NCBI GenBank assembly: GCA_013265495.1
Contig: MU057701.1
Location: 496,001-560,000, forward strand
DNA length: 64,000 nt
From: Vicugna vicugna
Taxonomy: Eukaryota
Direction: 5' to 3'
Shown here: piece after piece, positions 57,801 through 64,000 of the stretch
Layout of the letters: each line of letters starts with the position of its first letter
Numbering within the stretch: position 1 is the stretch's first letter
The notes under the pieces: model-generated
Seen by the model: the letters and a program-made list of their open reading frames with translations, nothing else
The model's database searches: none
Told to the model about the DNA's origin: nothing
Position numbers and translations under genes: made by a program

Positions 57801-60719
57801 GACTGTTGTGCAATGGTGCCAGTCTTTTATTTCACGGGTCAGTAAAATTTCGAAAGAAATTTTAGTGATTGATGTAAGATCATCCATATTTTATGTTGCA
57901 GAATAAGGATATTTTAAAACTTCTGTTTATTAATTTTCCATGTTAAAATTTTGTTTTTTATGACGGGGAATTTTCAGTTCAAAATGTCCTTTCTTTTATG
58001 GAAGAATATTTGAACATGAAACATGTCAGGAAGGATATGATTTCAGGATTTAAATAGTGAGTAAATTTAGCTTTATGAGAACAGACTATCCTGGCTTTGT
58101 TTTTTCCGTTTGGCATTGAACCTGTGCAAACTTTGTGACGCAAGAACGTTTAGGAATCATTGAGGAATTATCAGTGTGGCCAAAAGAACCTCGCTTTGGA
58201 ACAACACAATTTCACTTGCAGCTCTGAATCCTTGCTGTTGGGGGCAGATCACTTAACTTTTCTGAGCCCCGTTTTGCCTGTCTGCAAAAGGGGTACATTT
58301 CACAGGTATAGAGATAAGATTTATAAAGACGAGTTTATAAACAGTAACATCTCAGGGTCATTATCTCTGCTGCTTTGTGATATAAGAACTCAGAATGTTG
58401 CAAGACCGTTTTTATAGTGTGTGTTTCTGCTTTATGGTGAACCATCCCTTTAACGACCGTTATCGTCAACAACACTTTTTTTCTAAGTTTCCTGTCTTGT
58501 CTCAGCCTCACGCTTTACCCTTCTCACTACATTTTCTCCCGCCTTTTAACCTCCTGTCAACCCTTTTATACTCTTATTCATGACAGGGCCACAGCTTGTC
58601 TGGCAGTTTTAGGGGGCAGTTAGAAAAGATTCCTTGATCGTGCCGTGAGTTTGCAGTTTTTAAGTTGTAGTTTTGGCTCGAGGGGACTTGGATGGTGAGC
58701 AGAATACTAAGAATAAGGAGAGGATGTGCTTAAAATAGACCTTGTGGGCCTTCTGTTTAATTACACAGTAATTTGTAAAACAGACTGCTTTCTGTGGCCT
58801 TGAATACTAATATAGATTTGTCCCTTACCGCAACTCACTATAAAAGCATAAACCTGGGGGAATGCAGAGTTCACTCATCTCCACACATCTTTCTGTCTCC
58901 AAGGGCTCCGTGTGACTCAGTCTGAAAACCTTTTCTTCCTTTATCTTAAAGTCCTGGTTTTCTTGACAGTGGACTGTATGTTTATCTCATGAGCAACACC
59001 TATGTTCAAAGTTCTCTCTTTGGCAGATATTTTCAGTTTCAGATGGCACCAGTCACACCCCTCTCTTTCCTCAATGGGTTAACCCACCAGGAAAGTTCCA
59101 GCTATCTGAGACTCTCAGGAAACGAGCTGGGTGTTCCTGATAAGGAAGGTTTAACAAAATCATGTCAATTTTTCTAGAATGTTTTCTATAATAATAGCTG
59201 ATGTTTTTGTGGGTTTGCTATGTTCTAGAAACTTTGTCACACACTTTATGAACATCTCATTTAATCCAAAGAGAGAAACAAACACTTCCTTGCCTTGATT
59301 TCTTGAGAGATCTTTGTAGGTTTCAGCTGTTACGGTGTGTCCTCCCTGTGGATGTCAGCTGCCTGGGACTGTTGTTCTCACTGAGCTAACCACTATGTAT
59401 TGAGTGATTGTTACGTGCCAGGCAGTGCTCTGGGCACTAGGAATATGCAGCAATGAGTGAAACAAACTTCCTGCCTTCTGCATGGGGTCGGGGTGTGGGA
59501 CCCAGACAATAACATATAGACACACAAATATAACATAATGTCAGGTAGAGATTAAAAAAAAAAAAGGCAGGATAAAGGAGCAGGGGGTGGTGATGGGGAG
59601 AGTGATAGGGAAGGCCTTTGATGAGGTGACATTCGAGCAGAGACCTGCATGAATCATGGGGACAGGCCTTGCAGATACTTGGCAGAAGAGCCAATTGCTT
59701 CTGCACTAAGTGATTCTCCCTCTTTCACTCTCGAAAGTTTTCCTGTCTCCTCCTTGCTTGAGCCAGACCAAGGGAAGCCAGATCCAGAGAGGAGACAGGG
59801 CGTAAAGTGTGAAGAAGGGAATGCACAGGGCTTAGCTGCAGCTGTGGCGGCAGGTCTGCACACAAGGGTGACACCACGCCTGGGAGAGTGTGGTTCCTGC
59901 TATGATCAGCTGAGCTCGCAGGCGGATGCATCAGAGAGCCAGTCATCTGGGCAGTGGGACCACCCAGCTGAGGGAGAAGATGTGTCCAAGAGGGGTCTGG
60001 CGGCCAGCATAAGCAGAGTACAGGCTGGATGGGCATGTTGTCAGCATGGGGCAGACGGGCCAAGGCCACAGATGGCACTTCTAGTCACGCTCAGAACAGA
60101 ACCTGGTTCTCCCAGGAGATGGAGTGGAGCAGGGCTGGGGCCCAGAAGCAGAAAGTGTGGTTTAAAAGAAGACCTTGATTATATGTTCAGGAGGCCAAGA
60201 GATTAGTGCTTAGAACCAGGGCTGCAGATTAGGAGTGAGTCTTGCAACAATGGGACTTAATGCTGGCGGCTCAGCTGTGGAGCCTGAGTCCTGTGTCCCC
60301 TCCTCCTGTTCATACAGGATGACCAGAAACCTCTTTGCATCCCTTTGGGTGCCGTCTGCTCTCTGCTGTTCTCTCTTGGACTGTCTGTCCATTTACACGT
60401 GTTGATTGCCTCCTCTACCTGGCAAGTCATTAGCTTACCAGCAAAGGAAAGCTCCCACCCGTGTTCGGGCAGAGCTTCCTCTTCCAGTTCTCACAGACCT
60501 ATGACATAACCTTTCCTTCACCCTTGGTAAAGGGATATAATCTTTGGGAGGCAGGCTAGAAACAGCACAGGATCGAGGGTCAGATCACCTGGTTTGAGCC
60601 CTGACTCCCCTTGGGCAAGTTACTCATCCTCAGTTACTTCATCCGTAACATGGTGCCTACCATTGATCAGATTGTTGTGAGGATGAAATTCCCCCAGCAA
60701 TGGCCCCGTGAGTGTTACT

Positions 60720-61290
60720 GCTTTTTACATGTCTGTGTAAGCCCTCCAGGCACATCCCCGTCATCATGGGGCTGACATTCTGTTGGTGGAGACAGACTAT
60801 ATGTAAGCGAACACAGAAATAAATAATATAACTTCAGATGGTACTGAGTGCAATGAAGAAAAATTAAATTAGGTTGTAATATAATCAAGTGACCCAAGGT
60901 GCATATGGGCGTGGGCCCTATTTTAAATAAGATAGACGGAGAAGGCTTAGCTGAGAATTTGACATTTGGACAATGGTTTGATGCAAGTGGCAACCTGGAA
61001 AATAGCTGTCCAGACAGAGGGAGACGGGGGGTCAGCAGGTGCTGGAATGACCTTGGGCAAGGGGGACGGTAAAGGTAGAGCTGAGTGACCAGGAGGGAAG
61101 GAGGTGGGTACTGGGAGGGTGCAAGGGGCAGCCTGTGCAGGGCTTTGGGGGCCAGGCCAGGAGTTAGGGGCGCATCTTCCTTGCAGCAGGAGCCACTGGG
61201 AGTCATCAGCAAGGGAGTGACATGATTTGACTTCTGTCTCTTTGCCTTGTGGAAAGTCCAGGCAAGAGTAGGAGCATGCATGCAAGTCAA
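60720..61290 (-). mobile_element. L2 fragment
   Basis: Antisense L2 motifs (GGAGCCACTGGGAG...GGAGTGACATGATTTGACTT). Confidence 0.55.
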
Positions 61291-61399
61291 GGGCACCAGG
61301 CATTCCTGGACTTTGGGGATGTTGAGGTAAAAGGATTCATTCTGATGGCCTTCTGGGGGAGGTAGGGTACACAGTTATCGGTTTAATGATAGCCTTCTC

Positions 61400-61791
61400 T
61401 GGTAGGTTGAATAGTGTGCCTCAAAATTCATGTCCACCCAGAACCTCAGAATGTGACCTGGTTTGGAAGTAGAGTGTTTGCAGGAGTAATCATTTAGGGA
61501 GGGCCTAAATCCAAGGACTGGTGTCCTTATAAGAAGAGGAGAGGACACAGACACAGAGAAGGTGGCCTTGTGAAGGCGGCGGCAGAGGTTGGAGATAAAG
61601 CAGCCTTGGGCCACCGGAAGCTGGAAGAGACAAGGAAGGATTCTTCCCTGGGGCCTTCAGGAGCAGTGTGGCCCCGATGACACCTTGATTTTGAACTTCT
61701 AACCTCCAAAACTGTAAGAGAATAAAATTTCTGTTGCTTTAAGCAACCCAATTGCTACACCCTGTCATTGCAGTCCCAGGAAACTAATGCA
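61400..61791 (+). mobile_element. MLT1 (MaLR) solo LTR
   Basis: TGGTAGGTTGAATAGTG...AGAATGTGACC...AATAAAATTTCTGTTGCTTTAAGC...GGAAACTAATGCA. Confidence 0.8.
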
Positions 61792-62627
61792 GTTCCTAAG
61801 GGTCTTTGATCTCTTAGAAGACTTTGCTGGGGTGGAGGGTGGGGGGTCTTATCAGGAGCTTTGGCAGCTCTGTAGACCTCCCTTAACACGACCAGGTTGT
61901 CACTTGGATTACCAGGAACTTAAAGGAGCAGAGGTGGCCCAGAGGAGGTCTCTGATGAATGTTGGCTGAATGAATAAATGGGAGGAAGGGGTGAATGCAG
62001 AGGCCTGAGACTGGGCTGCCTTGAAGGTCATTAAAGAGCCCCAACGATGATAGCTGTGAGTGGCCATACAGTTTATGGCCCTCTACAGTGTGTGTGTGGC
62101 CCTCTACCATGTGTGGGTACCCCTTTGCCGTGTACCTTCTATGCTCCCATGGGGTAGGGAAACCAGATGTTAAGCTCTTTATTAGAATTTGGATGAGGAG
62201 GACAGAGTTCCTGAGTGAGGGCCTAAGTGACTGTCTCATGCACAGAATGTGTGGATTTTAGAATCTGGACTTCTAACGTTGATTTTCTGAGCTCAGAAGT
62301 AGTTTTCCCTTCCTCCCTTTTAGCTGTTCATTAGCTGAGCCAAGTGAGAAGCGTTGGAGCAGCAATTATATAATGTATACATACTATATACAGAGACCAG
62401 ACTTCTGCATAACCCTCTGCCCCAGCAACAAAACACAGCCCTGATGCTGGTTCATTGCTAGTATTTGTTTTGTTTTGTTTAGAGGTTGAAAGTGCTGAAA
62501 AGGGAGAGGAAACGCCAGGCCACAAAAATTTAATTTTACTGTGATTCTTCCAGAAGCCCACCTCGCTCTGTTCATATAAATTTCTCTTGGCCTGTCCTGT
62601 AGAAAATATACACAGACTGTGATCAAG

Positions 62628-62628
<1 letters not shown>

Positions 62629-62658
<30 letters not shown>
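62629..62658. repeat. (TG)15 microsatellite
   Basis: Read directly. Confidence 0.95.
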
Positions 62659-62659
<1 letters not shown>

Positions 62660-63475
62660 TCTAATTAAACTAATGGACTGCACTCTCCATCATAAAACAC
62701 GAGTCCAAATGGCAATGCCCTGCTGAGCATCCAGCTCTCCCAGGAAACCTGGCCCTTTGTCTCAGTGATGCAAATTCCTGGCTGTGTCTGGACACACAGT
62801 AGGTACTGAATGGATGCTTCTTTAATTGAAATCAGGGTTGAAATGCAAAAACCTGGACAGTGTTAATTTCTATGTCAGTTTTCTCCTGTGTAATTGATGA
62901 GCTTCCTAATGTTGATTTAAAAGAAAAAAAAGCACTGTGTTTAGTTAATTAAAAAAACACAGAATAGGATTCAAAACAGCTGTGTTTGCTGTTGGCATGG
63001 CCGTTCCCCTCTTCATGCTTGTGTTATGTCACAACAGTCCCACATCTGTAGAAACAAAAGTTTAGAAAGGAAAAGGATGACTTTTCTCCCTCCAGCTACC
63101 GGTGACAACCCATAGCCTCAGCTCATAGTATTTATTTAATTTTGTATCTAGCAAAAGGGCTCAGAAACAGTTCTGTGAAGCAGATGTGTGAAGAGCTGAT
63201 CATTATGGAACTTAGTTTCTTCTAAAAATAAATACATTCTGCAGCCTTGTGCAGGGGGTGCGACATTACGCTAAGACACTTCTTTTTTGAGTGCATTTGA
63301 ATATGTTCATGGGTTGTGTGTGGAATTTTTTTGCATCCCGTTATCCAGTGTATCACCTTTTGCCACCTTTCTTGTCTGTTAAGTATCCCAGCCAGTGATG
63401 AATAGAGGAGGTTAAAGGAAAAAAAAACACAAAATAAAATGAACAGAAAAAGAAAAGAAGCAAACAAGCAAGTTA

Positions 63476-63510
63476 AAAACAAAACAAAACAAAACAAAAC
63501 AAAACAAAAC
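63476..63510. repeat. (AAAAC)7 microsatellite
   Basis: Read directly. Confidence 0.9.
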
Positions 63511-63634
63511 AGAAAACCTCTTTCCCAGTAGGCAGTAACTTTAGATGTAAAACATATGAGGCACGCAAGAGAGTGAAAATTTTGCCTGAAATTAGAGCCG
63601 TCTGTGGCTGCAGTAAGGTCACCAGTAGCCTGGA

Positions 63635-63850
63635 GCATTGTCAAAACTAGGGTGAGGCTAGTGAGACACACCCCTGGGGCCCAAAATTTAAGCAAAGCCC
63701 CTAAACTCAATAATCACAATGAATAACAGTTTTAGTCCAATATATTAAAAAAAATCATCATTAATGCAAAGTGTTTCATGCTGAACAAACTTACCAAAAT
63801 GTTGAAGATAGGATTTGACCCTGCACTGGCAAACTCAAATTCATTCTCCT
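63635..63850. mobile_element. hAT MITE (MER96B-like)
   Basis: AACTAGGGTGAGGCTAGTGAG...CAAAATTTAAG...AAACTCAATAATCA. Confidence 0.55.
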
Positions 63851-64000
63851 CCCTCTAACCGAAAGTAAGGTCACTGAGAGCTCGAAAGGAAAAAATGTCT
63901 CCTTGCTCTAAGCCTGGCTTTGCTCTGGGTTTGAATTCTAGCTCCTTTAAGACTAGCTTTGTGACCTCAGGCTCATGACTCAACCTCTTTGAGCTTCCTT

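Larger units (their letters stand above)
29664..64000 (+). other. PITPNC1: PITPNC1 intron 1 (partial, runs past the window end)
   Basis: I found no sequence encoding the expected next PITP segment (Y-K-I-G-Q-L-Y type motif); the DNA is repeat-rich and non-coding. Confidence 0.8.

Noticed and set aside
59649..61303. ORFs of 185 and 193 aa in PITPNC1 intron 1
   Set aside because: No recognisable domain; they overlap or adjoin L2 remnants, and nothing resembles PITPNC1 exon 2.

Overview
Mammalian (probably camelid) genomic DNA containing a divergent gene pair. On the - strand is the complete 11-exon coding sequence of PSMD12 (26S proteasome lid subunit Rpn5/p55). The ATG is at 19873 and the TAA at 1071-1073; the CDS is 1371 nt (456 aa + stop), all introns are GT-AG and the frame is intact. 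On the + strand is the first coding exon of PITPNC1 (ATG 29616, MLLKEYRICMPLTVDE), followed by more than 34 kb of its first intron with no recognisable exon 2. Each gene has its own CpG island. The remainder is intronic or intergenic DNA full of interspersed repeats: tRNA-Ala-derived SINEs (Vic-1-like, the basis of the camelid inference), L1, L2, MIR, MaLR/MLT1 and ERV1 solo LTRs, and hAT/Tigger MITEs. I do not see a convincing new biological system. The most checkable leads are ARE (NFE2L1/NRF2) motifs in PSMD12 intron 1, same-orientation CTCF motifs around the PITPNC1 promoter, inverted SINE pairs bracketing frame-preserving PSMD12 exon blocks, and a near-perfect 117-bp tandem duplication. 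Repeat family names come from recalled consensus motifs, not database searches, and repeat boundaries are approximate unless a target-site duplication (TSD) is quoted.
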